Assembly (NCBI GenBank): GCA_951406725.2
Contig: OX597817.1
Location: 31,868,001 to 31,932,000, forward strand
Reading direction: 5' to 3'
Length of the DNA: 64,000 nt
Source: Octopus vulgaris
Lineage: Eukaryota
Part shown: positions 27,576-42,563 of the stretch, piece by piece
How the letters are laid out: each line of letters begins with the position of its first letter
Position numbering within the stretch: the first letter of the stretch is position 1
Notes under the pieces: generated by a model
What the model saw: the letters and a program-made list of their open reading frames with translations, nothing else
Told to the model about the DNA's origin: nothing
Databases searched by the model: none
Position numbers and translations under genes: made by a program

Positions 27576-28229
27576 TCTAAGTCTCTCTAAAGGAGGCTAC
27601 GGCAGCGGTACTGGATATTAACAGTTATCGCCAAGCTAATATAGCAGTCCATAAACATAGGACGAAAGCTGCCGTTGACTAGCTCCAAGAGGCCATCGCC
27701 TCTAGCTAGCGATATGACACAAGAACCTGTGTCCATTATAACCTCCCCTGTTCGAAGTTGTAATGGACATAGGTTCATGGCGATAACTGTTAATAAAGAT
27801 ACAATAGTTTATGCCTTCAAGTGGGAATTTATTCTATTATTCGTATTTTCCTGTGTCTGTTGTTTGTGCAATTTTCCATCATCTCCCCTTTCACATAATT
27901 AAATTTACTACCCATCTGGTACTTCGTGGGGACACACAGTCAGAACTGCTACTGTAATTTCTTACTGTAGTGATTATTTTTATTCAAGTTGTTCCTAATA
28001 TATATTTACTGCTAATGCTTGCATTTGGTGTTATGATTTGGTGTTATTTAATGTCGACGATGTTATATCAATCTTATAGCTATTGTATTCGCTAAGGATG
28101 CTAAAAAAACAACCGATTTTGTTACATTAGAGAATTAGAGTATTTTTAGGGTAGTGTTGTTATTGTTGTAGTCATTGACACTATTTACAATTGCTGCAAT
28201 CATACTTGTTGTTGTTAATCATACTTGTT

Positions 28230-28665
28230 GTTGTTTAACCCCAGGACAGTTCGAGTCTAAAGAACATATGATCAAAGACTAGACTATATTATCCATTGTG
28301 TTGTTTATTTTTAAAGACACCAGGTTGGAATTTGAGAGAGATTTCACCACTATTTCCAGCGAATTGTACAACCACGTATTGGTTACCTCTTTGATTCATT
28401 GTTGTTATTGTTGTATTTGCTGTTGCTGTCGTATATATATGTTATAGTTGTTTAACCCTAGGTCTATTCTGATGCAGCTGATTTGCTATCAAAGTGTTCC
28501 AACCACGATATCCGGTCCTCTTTTCCATACATAGTGCATCGCTAAGGCTACATTATCTGGTATATCCACCCTATTCTTTAAGAACGAAAGTTGTGATAAG
28601 ACGGTTATTTGGTTGTTAATTCTAGCTGACGGAGCAGTGAAATAAGTAACAACACGTATTAGTTG
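28230..28665 (-). mobile_element. Two decayed copies of SINE-like family 5 (other copies at ~12080-12215, 26200-26660, 29880-30080, 30630-30830)
   Basis: Shared motifs TTGTTTAACCC..., GCTATTTCTAGC, ACCACGTAG; (TTG)n tail. Confidence 0.55.
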
Positions 28666-28677
28666 CTCTCTCTCTCT

Positions 28678-29170
<493 letters not shown>

Positions 29171-29300
29171 GAATAATCACATAAATGCGAAACGAGGTGG
29201 GAAAACTAGCACTCGACTACCAGAGGTAGAGTAATATGCTTTATTAAAAAGCAGCAAAAATATCGCAAAAACTGTTACTCAGAATTTCAAGTTCCAGTTC

Positions 29301-29336
29301 GTCCGACGAACGGGAACGTGAAACTCTGAGTAACAG
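29301..29336 (+). ncRNA. Minimal type-I hammerhead ribozyme core (family A), best-preserved copy
   Basis: GT CCGACGA ACG-GGAA-CGT GAAA CTCTGAG TA ACAG: core, 3-bp helix II, GAAA, quasi-palindromic helix III ACTCTGAGT, GUA cleavage triplet. Confidence 0.65.
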
Positions 29337-32300
29337 TTTTTGTGGTATTTCTGCTGCTTTTTAATAAAGTATATATATATATATATATGGAGAGATATAT
29401 ATATATATGGAGAGAGAGAGACAGAGACAGAGACGGAGAGAGAGATAAATACATACACATACATATATGCGTACGTAAGAGATGCAGCTATTCTTAATTC
29501 AGTACCAAGGATATATTTTATTGTAGTTACTGTAATCGCCATTATCGTTTAATTCTTTTTGTTATTGTATTAGTGTATGTTTTGTTATTGTTACCGCTAC
29601 TGCGTCGCCGTCATCGTCGTAGTAGTAGTAGCAGCAGCAGCAGCATTAGTAGAAGTAGCAGCAGTAATAGTTGTTGTTGCTGTTGTTGTCTCTCTTTGTT
29701 AGGTTTATTATATCTAACCATTGTTGTTTTAATCGCAATCTGTCTCCTATTTGTTTTGTTATTGTTTGGAGTGGCCTCTTATGTTTGAGTCATATTGTTG
29801 TTTTTATTTCTCCATATTTCTTGTCCAATTGTAATTGTTATTGTTGTTGTTTTTGCTTTTGTTTATGTTTTTGTTTTTGTTGTTTAACCCCCACGTTTGT
29901 TCTGATCAAGCAGTATTCAAGATGTCACCATCTCATCATTTTTGCACTTCAGACACTTCAGACACAACGTATCTAAGTTCACATCTCCGTAGTGTCCTTT
30001 CTTAACAGAATAGAGTACGATTTTAGGGAAATTCGGTTGCTATTTCTAGCCAGTCAAGCAACCACGTAGAGGCTTACTCCTGTGGCATTCTTGTATTTGC
30101 TGCTGGTGTTCTTGTATTTTCTGTTGTTGTTGCATTAGTTGTTGATATTCTTCTATTTTCTTTACTGTTATTGTATTACCAATAACACATTCTGCTCCTC
30201 AGTATAATTGGCACTACTGTTACAACTGTTATATTTAGTGTTCTTTGCTAGTAGATTTACGACCGTTCTTATTATTGTTGTATTTACCATGTCTTTTCTC
30301 ACAGTTTTTCCTCGAAAGCTTAAAGAACACACAAATATTGACTCAAAAGATCATGCAGAGTGAAATTATTAATGTTTAATATACTTGTTGGGAGAAAAAA
30401 TATACTAATAAATATTGTTTTCTTACAATTTAAACACGACAGCATAGATTTATAGACAAAGGGTAATATGATTCCGTACCGTTCATTATAAGATGTATGT
30501 GAAATAGAATACTTATAGGCAAAGAAATATGATTCTGTGTCGTTCATGCTTTTCTGAAAAGCATTATAAGATAAATATAAAATATAATATCTATAGTAAG
30601 TGAGATAAATTTCGCTGTGATTACAAACTAATGAGAGTGATTCTACTCTATGACTTTATCTGCTAGAAATAGCAGCGAATATTAACTCAAGCAACACAAT
30701 ACTATTTTTAACAGTGGAAGGAAACATTATATAATGGCATTTCTGAAAACAGGATTAACATGTGGAGAGGTCATATTTGGAGAGTCTTAACCAACCTAAC
30801 AAGAATTTATTTCAAGGTTAAAAAAATAACATTCAGAATGTCAGTTATATAGCTCCATATTCAGAATAAAGAAAATTTAAAAACCTATGTTTTTCTGAGA
30901 ATATTTACATAATATAGACTATACGTTTTAGATTATATATATGCGAATATATTTTGGATATTACAGTAGAACGCAAAGATAGATACGGATGTAATACATT
31001 TTAGAAGTATCTGTGAATTTTCCAAGCATTTTCAAATAATCGCTTCCACTTGGCAATATATTCAAAAGTATAAATCAACATCAACAATTATATACAGTCA
31101 CGAAGTTATGATTTAGGTTTACTTATTCCCAACAATATGATATACGATGTTTGTATTTTATATCATTCAAATGTCATGTTGTTGTCACACTCTGGCTCTT
31201 TCCATCTTGTAGAATAGCTCATTTCCTTTTATCTTCTTTTTTGCTAAAGGCGGAGTTGAAAAAATCGCTATTTATAAATACAATGTGGAAAACTAAACCT
31301 TATCCTCCTTAGAAAATTCACTCTGTGCCTTAAATTAAACAATATATAATTACTTCAAACCACACACATACACGCAGGCGCTCGCACACACGAATAAGTA
31401 AGATAACTAATCTACTACATAAAAAAAGTAGGCTAAGGAAAATGACATAACATGTGAATAATATAAGAACAGTGTTTCTTTAAAGATAGAAAGTCAGACA
31501 TCATTCTGAATCAGAAACTAATGCACGAAGACGTTTCTCACCACTACTGAATACTGACTACCGACTGTCGGTCAAAGATGGACATAACTACATGTTAGAA
31601 TGATTCTGCTCCAAAACGGAAGTCGGTTTCTTTCATCCGTTTGAATGAACTCCTTTGGTGAAAAATATTTAAATATTATAAAAGGTTTCAGCCTTGCATG
31701 ATGGATATTTATTAGCTTAAATCCTCCAGGATCACTTATCTAAGTCCACAGTATACACATACACACACACATATATATATAGGCTTCATTTCCACACACG
31801 CCAGCTTAATTTAATTCGTATTTAGTCGAAAGACACCTGTTGTTATGGTCCTGTTATTATTTTTATTGTATTTGTGTAACATTGTCCATTTTTTCCCGTC
31901 ATTGTTTTTGTGTGCATTCGCTGCTTTCTTCCAAGGAATCTAACGCTCTTAGCTTAGTTTTTCCTTGGGGCTGGCCAGATTCGAGAAATCTCGAGTATAA
32001 TCTGGTACTGGACTGAGGAAAGAAAACTTCGAATGACCCATCCTTGTATTCCTTGTATCGTCTATCTGAATATTTTGTTGTCCCATTTTTGCATCACCTA
32101 ACTGTCCGGATGTTTCGCGTTCTTGTCCCATTTTGTATTTTATATATATATATAGGAAAACTTTAAATTTGACTTAAATTCAGTAACACTGATTTCTGAT
32201 TTAGGCACAAGGCTAATAATTTGACGGGAGAGCGATAGTCAATACCACTGGCGTCCAACCCAGCTCTTGACTGTTACTTTCTTCTATTGACTATGAAGAA

Positions 32301-33696
32301 TGAATGGTAAAGTTGACCTCGTCAACATCTGAAACAATGAGATGCAACAATACTGAAACGTGAGTCTGTAGATGAGTCACATTTAAATGTAACTAGACTT
32401 CAAATACAACTCGATGCTGCAAATAAGATGATTTGCATTGAACAATAAATAGTTGTTACTAAGCACAAATTTACTCAACAAAATCAGTAAAACAAGAACG
32501 TAAAGTAAACTGAAAAACAAAAGCTGGGGAAATAAATAGTTTATTTACAAAATATATATTAACGAAAGTAAACGGGTTGACACATGCACAAACATACACC
32601 CACACTCACATACGCGTACACACATGCATATGAGTTTGCTTGAATACAGACAATGCCTAGAACTCAATACATGAGAATTTACTTATTATCGCTTTTAAAT
32701 CCCTTCTTAAAATATTTTTAATCTGCCGATTAAAATACAGAAACATTGCATATGCGTATAGATGTACGTGTGCATGAGTTTGTGTGTGTGCATGTGTGTG
32801 TATGTATACTCTCACACATAGATACATACATATATATGCATAAATATATACAGATATATATACACATATATATAAATACACACACACAAACACACACATA
32901 CACACACATATATTATACACACGCACACATACTCATGTATATGCGGAAAATAGGCAAAAAGTTATAGATGTGAGGAATGCATTCAAATGAATCTTAACAT
33001 ATATTTACAGGATATTTCAGATATTCGGTGACTGCCTGATGGTTGATAAACATTGACATTCATCTTTCTGCAAAAAAGGTCTGTGTTTAGTGTATGAATG
33101 TCCTCTTGTATCGAAATTCATGTGTATTGACAATATGTTTGGTTATATGGTCTTGAGTAATATTGCCTCATAATTCACACTTGTTTGTATTATATGGATT
33201 ATAATATTATTCGCTGAATATTTGAAACAGCTGTAAAGATATTTATATGCTGTAGATATATGTAACATTTCAGATAAAAGTATTACTCATACTTATATAG
33301 TTGTTTATCTATCTTTCGTCTTTCACATCTTCTTCAACTTGCTTTTACTTCAAGCGAACTCTTATGCTTCTGGAGTTCTTTAACAAGACTAAGATTTTCC
33401 ACATTAAGATATCGACATGGCCGATCATTACCTTGGAGTCAGTGGACTCTGCGCTTCCACTAGCATCTTCTCACCCACTAATACAAACAAGCACGCACGC
33501 ACACACACACACACACACACACATACACACACACACAAACACACACACACACAGACAAACATACAGAGAGTGAGTGTGGGAGACAGACAGACGAACTGAC
33601 AGAGAGAAAGGATGGTAGAACAAGCATAAAACTGATAGTCGCCAAGGCATTTCTCGGACATATCACAAAATCTATATATAATTGCAACATAAGTGC

Positions 33697-33766
<70 letters not shown>

Positions 33767-33780
33767 TTTATATATGTATG

Positions 33781-33818
<38 letters not shown>

Positions 33819-34031
33819 CATACATACATGCACACACGCAAATACGCGTACACATATGTGACATAAAATAGACATAATAATGATATAGAGAGGATAATTT
33901 GAGGAGATAATATTTGAGTAGCATGCCAATATTTCGAAGTCACATTCGATCCTTTCTCTCTAGACTCACATAACAATGCACTCTTCAAAATTTATGGTGT
34001 AACGTAATTATTTTTATATACAACCAAATGT

Positions 34032-34087
<56 letters not shown>

Positions 34088-34093
34088 TACCTT

Positions 34094-34172
<79 letters not shown>

Positions 34173-34517
34173 TCTTTGTTGGTGGACATTTATTTTATTT
34201 TATTTTTCTCTTCATTTATTTTATATTTGTTTATTGTGTTTTTGGGTAGTTTATGAATTTTTAGTCGTGTATATTTAAACTTTTTGATAAGCCGTTCTAT
34301 TTGTATTTTATTCGATTATATATTTTTACCTTCTGTGATTTTATGTATTTGTATTATTTTTTATGTTCTGAAAACAATGGTGATTTTTATATATGATTAA
34401 ATGTTTGAGGGGTGGTGTTGTATGTAAAGTCGTTGACCCAAATTTGATGTTCGTTCTATAACAAATGCTTCTTTATATATATATATTTATATATATTTAT
34501 ATACGTCTGTGTATGTA

Positions 34518-34570
<53 letters not shown>

Positions 34571-35627
34571 ATGTATATATATATATATACATACACATAC
34601 ATGATGCAATATATAACATGTATGCCACAAATAAAACAAAATATTTATATTTATATATAATTTCCATAATATATATTACAATATTTATAATAAACTATAT
34701 TGCACGGTATATAAAAATATTGTTGATATATAATTTCAGTATATATATGTGTGATGGGGTGTACGAATAGGCATATACATTATATTATACGTTATATATA
34801 GTCATCCCTGTGTGTATAATATCACTTCGACTACTACAGGTGTATTTAGAGCACTAGTAAAATGTTGCTACTACTTCATCTAGTTGTATTGCCTGTTATG
34901 TTTTAAAGGTTAAACATAGGAAAAATTAATGATAAAGACAAGATGTAATTTATACCATTTCCTATATCATTTGTTATATCATGATATCGTTATATTTGAT
35001 AAAACGTACACAGGGAACAAAAAATATATAAATTTGCATTCTGCGTTTATTCATTTTTCCGATACGTGTGTTTGAGTCTGTGTATGTGAACGTGTATGTA
35101 TGTATATATATATATATATGTATGTATGCATGTATGTATGTATGTATGTATGTATGTATGTATGTATGTATGTATGTATGTATGTATGCATGTATATATG
35201 TTTATGTGTTTGTTATAAATGCAGGCATATTTAGATACATACGGAGATATAATTGTATATACAATGCGTTTGCGTGCATGTGTGTCAGAAATGCAGTACA
35301 CAATATAATGATATATGGAAGTTATTTATTGCCAAAAATTGAATATGCACAATTATTTATCAAGCAAAATCCTTAAACAATTTATATTAGCTTATGTGAG
35401 ACTGTATGTATCGTGTTTAAGTATGTATGTTCACTCTAATGTGTGTATACGTACACGTTTGTATTGCAGCCCGAATACGGAAACGAAACATAAATACATT
35501 TATAATCTGGAAATATATATATGTAATATATAAATCTAATTATCTCACAAATTTATATATACAGACACACACACGCACACACACACATATATATATATAT
35601 ATATACATATATATATAAAATGTATCT

Positions 35628-35678
<51 letters not shown>

Positions 35679-35782
35679 AGCATGAATACATGTGTGTATA
35701 AGTATACAATTTATATACGTACACATATATACATATATATATACATACGACAATATACATATTATATATAAGTATATGTATA

Positions 35783-35827
<45 letters not shown>

Positions 35828-35896
35828 TATTGGATATATGTTATCCCATGGAGGGTTGCATTTACAACCCCTATCTCAATTTGTATATATATATAT

Positions 35897-35958
<62 letters not shown>

Positions 35959-35982
35959 TGATAGATAGATAGGTAGATAGAT

Positions 35983-36021
<39 letters not shown>

Positions 36022-36282
36022 GACAGACAGTCAGACAGACAGTCAGACAGACAGTCAGACAGACAGACAAACAGATAGGCAGACAGACAGGTAGACAGAC
36101 AGACAGACAGACATGCAGGCAGACAGACAGACAGATGTGGGAGGTACAGATTATATTGAAATATACGTACAAATAAGCATATGCCTACAGCATTTGCCAT
36201 ATTTATTCAATATATATATTAAATATATATATGTATATATGTACATATAAAACACTCACATACACACACACACATATGTATA

Positions 36283-36334
<52 letters not shown>

Positions 36335-36638
36335 GTATATGCATAGATTTCATACCTAACCTGTAGATTCTATACCTCTGCAAGAATTTATACTTTGACA
36401 GATATATGTACGTCTATAGAAGCATAAATGTTTGTATGCTTTCATCACTAATATAATTTTATATCATGCAATATTTATATCGTAACATCATGAACTATGT
36501 ATGTTATATATAAAGAGGAAAATGTATGCATACATACATACATACATATATATAGAGAGATAGATAGATATAGATATAGATATACATATACATATATAGA
36601 GACATATATACATACATGAGGACATATGTATGCACGTG

Positions 36639-36669
<31 letters not shown>

Positions 36670-36838
36670 ATGCATATATATATACACATACATACGTTGC
36701 TATATATATATATGTATCGGTGATAGTTGGATACCGTCTAATGACATGAGTTACAAAGCTCCATTCACTTAGGTGAGTGGAAAAGGAGCACTTTCTAGAT
36801 GTTATCAATAATGTCTCATACATAAACTTATACTATAA

Positions 36839-36902
<64 letters not shown>

Positions 36903-37007
36903 ATATAATACAAGTTCATGTATATGACATTATTGATAACATAAAACACGTATCTGCATACATATTCATTGAATATGACACACATCACACGCATACATAC
37001 ACACACA

Positions 37008-37044
<37 letters not shown>

Positions 37045-37288
37045 AAGGTCACGCACATATATTTGTCAAAAATATTGTATTTATCGAATTTATTACATAT
37101 TGCGTAACATATTACCAAATCACATGGATATGTAGTGTACATATATATACATATATATACATATACAAATACATATATACATGTATATATATAATGTACG
37201 TACGTCTGTATGTATATATATGTATGTATGTATACATGCGTCTGTATCTGTATATTCATATATATACATACACACACACACATATGCA

Positions 37289-37332
<44 letters not shown>

Positions 37333-37566
37333 CTGTGCATATATCTTTTATACATTTCAGATAAAATATGTATACAAATGTATATATTATAATGTGTAAT
37401 ATACTTTTATACATTGATAGGTTTCGGCCAGTATTGACCCAGGCTACGTCTAAAATATATCAATGTCTATATCTCTATATGAACATGCATATATAATACA
37501 CACATACACACACACACACACATACATACATACATACATACATACATACATACATACATACATACA

Positions 37567-37602
<36 letters not shown>

Positions 37603-37629
37603 TACATATATATATACATATACATACAA

Positions 37630-37908
37630 CAATACGGCACAATCATTTCACCACAATTGAACCCGCTCTCTAACATTTCACCAAAACACATTAAAACAGA
37701 AACAGACCCTATAAAGGTGAAGACATTTTTGGACAAACTTCTACAAGAATCCCGGATAAACCTCCTCCACCTGGATATGTCTCTGTAAACAATAACTCTC
37801 AACTTGAGTTGGGTATGGCGTCCGAATTCTGATTTCAGTGACTTCGCCAGGTGGTGCTATAAGTTAGACATGGCCTGGGCCAATACTGACCTATCAAAGC
37901 ATCAAGCT
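37630..37908 (+). mobile_element. CR1-like LINE 3' end
   Basis: Homologous (inverted) to 37912-38160; ends CCTATCAAAGCATCAAG (octamer-type tail). Confidence 0.8.
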
Positions 37909-37911
37909 ATC

Positions 37912-38965
37912 TTGCCTAACTTACAGCACCACCTGGCGAAATTATTTAAATTAGGATTCGAACACCATGGACCACTCAAGTAGAAGATTGTTTACGAAGT
38001 CCTATCCGGGTGTAGGAGATTTATACGGATTTTTGTTAAGGAATTTGTCTAAAGACTTCTTGAATTTTATAGGGTCTGTCTTTGCTGTAACGTGTTTTGG
38101 TGTAATGTTAAAGAGATCAGGGCCAATTGAGATGAAATACTTGTGCCATATTGTGCCGTATGATTTTTGATGTGGGCTGATAGCACGGGGCACAAATCTT
38201 GGGTGTATCTTAAAGGCGATGCCAACATCATTTGGGCAATGCTGATAGAATATTTTCCACATCATAGAGATGATGTAGCGCTCACAGTTGCATTGGAGAG
38301 AATAAAGCTTGAGCTTTTCTAATCGACCCCAATATTCATTTATATTTTTGTAACTGACCTTTGAGGTGCTTCAATTTTCATGATAATTTCTTTCGTGTAG
38401 GGAGACCACAGTGGACAACAGTATTCAAGGTGAGGTCGGGCAAAAGTGGAGAAGAGAAGGATAAAGGTGTGGATATCTCTCGACTGGAAAGTTCTGAGAA
38501 TCCAGGAACACATTCTGCGAGCCATTACAACTCTGCTGTTTAAATGAGCGGCCCAGCTTATGTTGACCACAATTACTCCCAAGTTTCTGATATTGTTGAC
38601 TGCCATGAGAGTTTCACCCGAAGGAAGGGAGTATGGGAGTTTCAGGGTATCTTCTTTCCTGAAGTGGATTAGCTTAAATTTGTCCTCGTTCAGCAGCATA
38701 TTTTTCTTGTCCGCCCATTGGATGACAGCCAGGAGATCTGACTGAAGGCATGCCCGGTCACCCATTTCATTGATGACTTTGCGGATCTTGGAATCATCTG
38801 CAAAGATTCTTATGTTATTGTGCTTGATGAAGTCAGTAGTGTCATTGATGTAGATGATGAAATGAAGTGGGCTCAACACAGTGCTTTGAGGAACACCTCT
38901 ACTGACTTTGGCTGGGCTTGATTCTACTCCTTCGACTACAACGTGTTTGGTTCTGCTGTGAGGAA
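37912..38965 (-). mobile_element. 5'-truncated CR1/L2-clade LINE: reverse transcriptase C-terminal half to 3' UTR, decayed
   Basis: Translation GVPQSTVLSPLHFIIYIND...RIFADDSK...LQSDL..V.QW...RPHLEYCCPLWSPY...IEAPQR; later KFKKSLDKFL. Diagnostic CR1-type RT motifs (GVPQG, FADD, RPHLEY). Confidence 0.92.
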
Positions 38966-39184
38966 GCACTCGATCCATTGCAATCTGTATAGAAATATTA
39001 TATATACATGTGTATATATATATATATATATATATAAGCACACTTACATTTGTATATATCTATATGCATACATGTATGTGTATACATATATATTTGGAAT
39101 ATAATTCCCTATATACATATATTAGTATATGTATATATATTAGTATACATATATAAGTATCTGTGTATATGTATGCATGTCATC

Positions 39185-39503
39185 ATCGCCATCAAAATAC
39201 AGGACTAGTTACTGCAACAGCTTGGGTTTCAAGGGCCCATAGCTCTTCAATATCCTTTCGAAATGCCTGAGAGACCTGCATGGAGTTGATGTAGATGTCT
39301 TTAAAACAAAACTGCATCCCCTCCTGTCAAGGGTTCCACATTAGCCTACCTCACGGTAGGAAACACAGATGAGGGAAACATCATAAAGAACCCTAATTCA
39401 CCAAATGCCACATATCAGAGGAGCTTTCAAATAAAGATATAGCACAGCTAATGGTGGTGGTGCCCCAGCATGACCTCAGCTTTAAAGCTGAAACAATTTA
39501 AAG
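39185..39503 (+). mobile_element. 3' end of a second CR1-like subfamily
   Basis: Translation NSLGFKGP*LFNILSKCLRDLHGVDVDVFKTKL..LL.RVP; 3' end GGTGGTGCCCCAGCATGACCTCAGCTTTAAAGCTGAAAC. Confidence 0.75.
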
Positions 39504-39521
39504 AATTTTTAAAAATCAAAA

Positions 39522-39565
<44 letters not shown>

Positions 39566-39696
39566 GTATGTATGTATATATATAAACATGCCAATATAAC
39601 ATTCATATACAGGGACCAAGACACTCATATATATATTTTTTTTATATGCGTATGTATGTGCGTGTACATATATATAGCTAACTTTCTTCCAGTTTT

Positions 39697-40295
39697 GAGC
39701 CAGGCCATGCCTAACTTAATATCACTACCTAGAGGAGACATGTAATCGTGTTTCATTTTATATTGATACGTTGCGCACCATTGGCGAGACGATTAATGAT
39801 GTTAATGATGGCGAGGCCAGTTTAGGTGATATAGTTTTTGTTTTAGTGTAGTGATGTAACACGAGCTCAATTTGTGTAGAGGAAGGACGGTGTCCAGGCG
39901 TTGAGTCAATTCTAATTAGGATACGTTGAGTTGACTATTTTCAACTCTTGGCCTAGAGTTTGAGCTTCCCGATAATCCAATAATCAGGGCCTGCCATGTT
40001 CTCTATGTTTTTGTGATTGATTTCTGGGGTCCTTCATTTTTCCAAGGTGAAGGGCAAAGATCGAAATGAGAACGATAAAAGTTGTATCATCTCCTAACCA
40101 GTGAATCCTAAGGACCCAGGAGCACATCTTGCAGGTCATGTCGACTTTGCTGTTTATGTGTGCACTCGAATCATCAACATTTATTCCGAGGCCTCTCGTA
40201 ATGTTTCATGCTACGAGAGGTTTTGTCCGATAGAGGTGTATATGGTAGTTTAAGTGCATCTTCTTTTCCGAAGTAGATTAGTTCAAATCAGTTTA
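39697..40295 (-). mobile_element. Older, highly decayed copy of the 37912-38965 CR1-like LINE
   Basis: Minus-strand remnants FELIYFGKEDALKLPY...AHINSKVDMTCKMCSWVLR match FKLIHFRKEDTLKLPY...AHLNSRVVMARRMCSWILR; tail remnant at 39697-39735. Confidence 0.7.
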
Positions 40296-40435
40296 TATAC
40301 GCAACAAATCCAATAGCTTCTGAGAAGTGGTGTTACTGATTTGCATACTGAAAGTGTTTAACATTTTATTTAATATCAGGGCTTGTTAACGGGAATCTCT
40401 GTCCACACAGTATCAATGTATGATAGACCTCGTGT

Positions 40436-40630
40436 GTACCGTTGGCGATTTTTTTCCCTCTGTCTTTCCTTCTCTGGATCTTTCCTTCTCCTATGTTTCC
40501 GACGAAGAGCTCCACTCGAAACGTTAAATCCTCCTTCTTTCCTTCTTTCCTGAGCGTCCAATAATACTATATTTGTTCCACGTCCTCGCGTTGTTGTGGT
40601 TTTTTGTGCTTTCTTGTTTGGATTAACTTT
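40436..40630 (+). mobile_element. Penelope-like terminal-repeat fragment (family B) with hammerhead motif at 40495-40529
   Basis: GTTT CCGACGA A GAG-CTCCA-CTC GAAA CG TT AAAT; closely similar to 48112-48308; runs into (TA)n. Confidence 0.65.
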
Positions 40631-40780
40631 ATATATATATGTAACCTATATAGTAGATATATATAAACTGGGCAAAATTAGCTGTCTTCATAGATTAAAA
40701 ATAATGATGAACAGCCGTATGTATGTATGTATGTATGTATGTATGTATGTATGTATGTATGTATGTATGTTTGTATGTAT

Positions 40781-41004
40781 ACTCTTTACTCTTTTATTCT
40801 TTTACTTGTTTCAGTCATTTTGAATGCGGCCATGCTAGAGCACCACCTTTAGTCGAACAAATCGACCCCAGGACTTATTCTTTGTAAGCCTAGTACTTAT
40901 ACTATCGATCTCTTTTACCGAACCCCTAAGTTACGGGGATGTAAACACACCACTATCGTTTGTCAAGCGATGTTGGGGGGACAAACACAGACGCACAAAC
41001 ATAA

Positions 41005-41045
<41 letters not shown>

Positions 41046-41203
41046 CATACATATATATATATATACGAAGGGCTTCTTTCAGTTTCCGTCTACCAAATCC
41101 ACTCGGCCCGGGGCTATAGCAGAAGACACTTGCCCAAGGTGCAACGCAGTGGGAATGAACCCGGAACCATGTGGTTAGTAAGCAAGCTACTTACCACACA
41201 GCC
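40781..41203 (-). mobile_element. SINE family 1
   Basis: Similarity to 916-1309. Confidence 0.9.
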
Positions 41204-42081
41204 CGATGCAGGGCAATGTCAAAATACCATCCATTGGCACAATTTGTTGATATATACCATTCGGCTTCCACGAACCTCTGTCCGTGTTCGTTTTTTCGTG
41301 AATGATGGATTTACACAATACCGTCCTTATTTGCATTTCATGTTACAATGTGGGTTTATCTGATATTCCAAATAAAAACTTTTCTAAAATGTTTTGAGTA
41401 CACCCACCACTCCGTCTTGTAGATTTCTGAGACTTTAGACAATGTATTGGAGAACAATGGGCTCTTAAAACCTAAATCTTTTATAGAATAGTGATTTTAC
41501 TCTGGTGGGAGAGTGTTAGACAATTGTTATCATGCCGTGGCGTCAGTTTCCGAGTTTTCTTTAGCTTTGAATTCCAAAGTTCGGTGCCATAATCTCCAGT
41601 AACTTCTATATACACATATCACTGCGAATCTTTCACGTTTTCGCTCCAAAGACAGGGCCTCAGTGATTTCGGCCTTTCTGTGGATGGATGGAAGCGGAAG
41701 TGGAAGATTCATTATTACGTCGGATAGAATGACTTCTGTCATTTGAGTTCATGAGTTCAATTTCCACCGATGCCAAATTTGACGTTAACTTTTTCGGCTG
41801 TGTTAAGTAAAGTACTTAAATGATGGCAGTGGAATGGTAGGGCTGCTTGTTGTTGTATTTGAGCTTATTGCACTCTGATGTCTACGATAACACTGATGGC
41901 TAGCTGCATCGATCTTAAGGTCTTTCGGGAAAGAAGAGGAGGGACTTCACTACATTGGTATTTAGCAATCTTTCGCCAAGGGAGAAGCAAGAACCTTTTG
42001 CAGGGTTGCATGCATAAATGAAGATACTTACCGGCACATAGGCTCAAAATTACACACATATACGCGTGTGAGTATTCGTAG

Positions 42082-42132
<51 letters not shown>

Positions 42133-42145
42133 GCACACACATATA

Positions 42146-42288
42146 AGTGGTAAGAGGTTTGCTCCTAAACCACAGGGTTCCGAGCTCGGTCCCACTACCT
42201 TACACCTTGGACAAGTGTCTTCTACCATAGGCTCGGGCTGACCAAAGCCTTGTGAGTGAATTTCGAAGGCAGAAACTAAAAGAAGCCC
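42146..42288 (+). mobile_element. SINE family 1, 5' half
   Basis: GTGGTAAG...CTTGGACAAGTGTCTTCTACCATAG...GCCTTGTGAGTG...AAGAAGCCC. Confidence 0.75.
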
Positions 42289-42292
42289 TTCT

Positions 42293-42374
<82 letters not shown>

Positions 42375-42515
42375 GTCTGTCTGTCTGTCTGCCTGCCTGT
42401 CTGTCTGTCTATCGATTTTATACATATATAAATATATATATATATATACATATATACATAAATATATATAAATACTTACATATATATATATGTATATACA
42501 CTCACATATAAACAC

Positions 42516-42563
<48 letters not shown>

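Noticed and set aside
32010-32043. GGA CTGAGGA AAG-AAAA-CTT C GAAT GACCC A TCC hammerhead-like string
   Set aside because: GAAA/UH junction not satisfied; single copy, so no comparative support.
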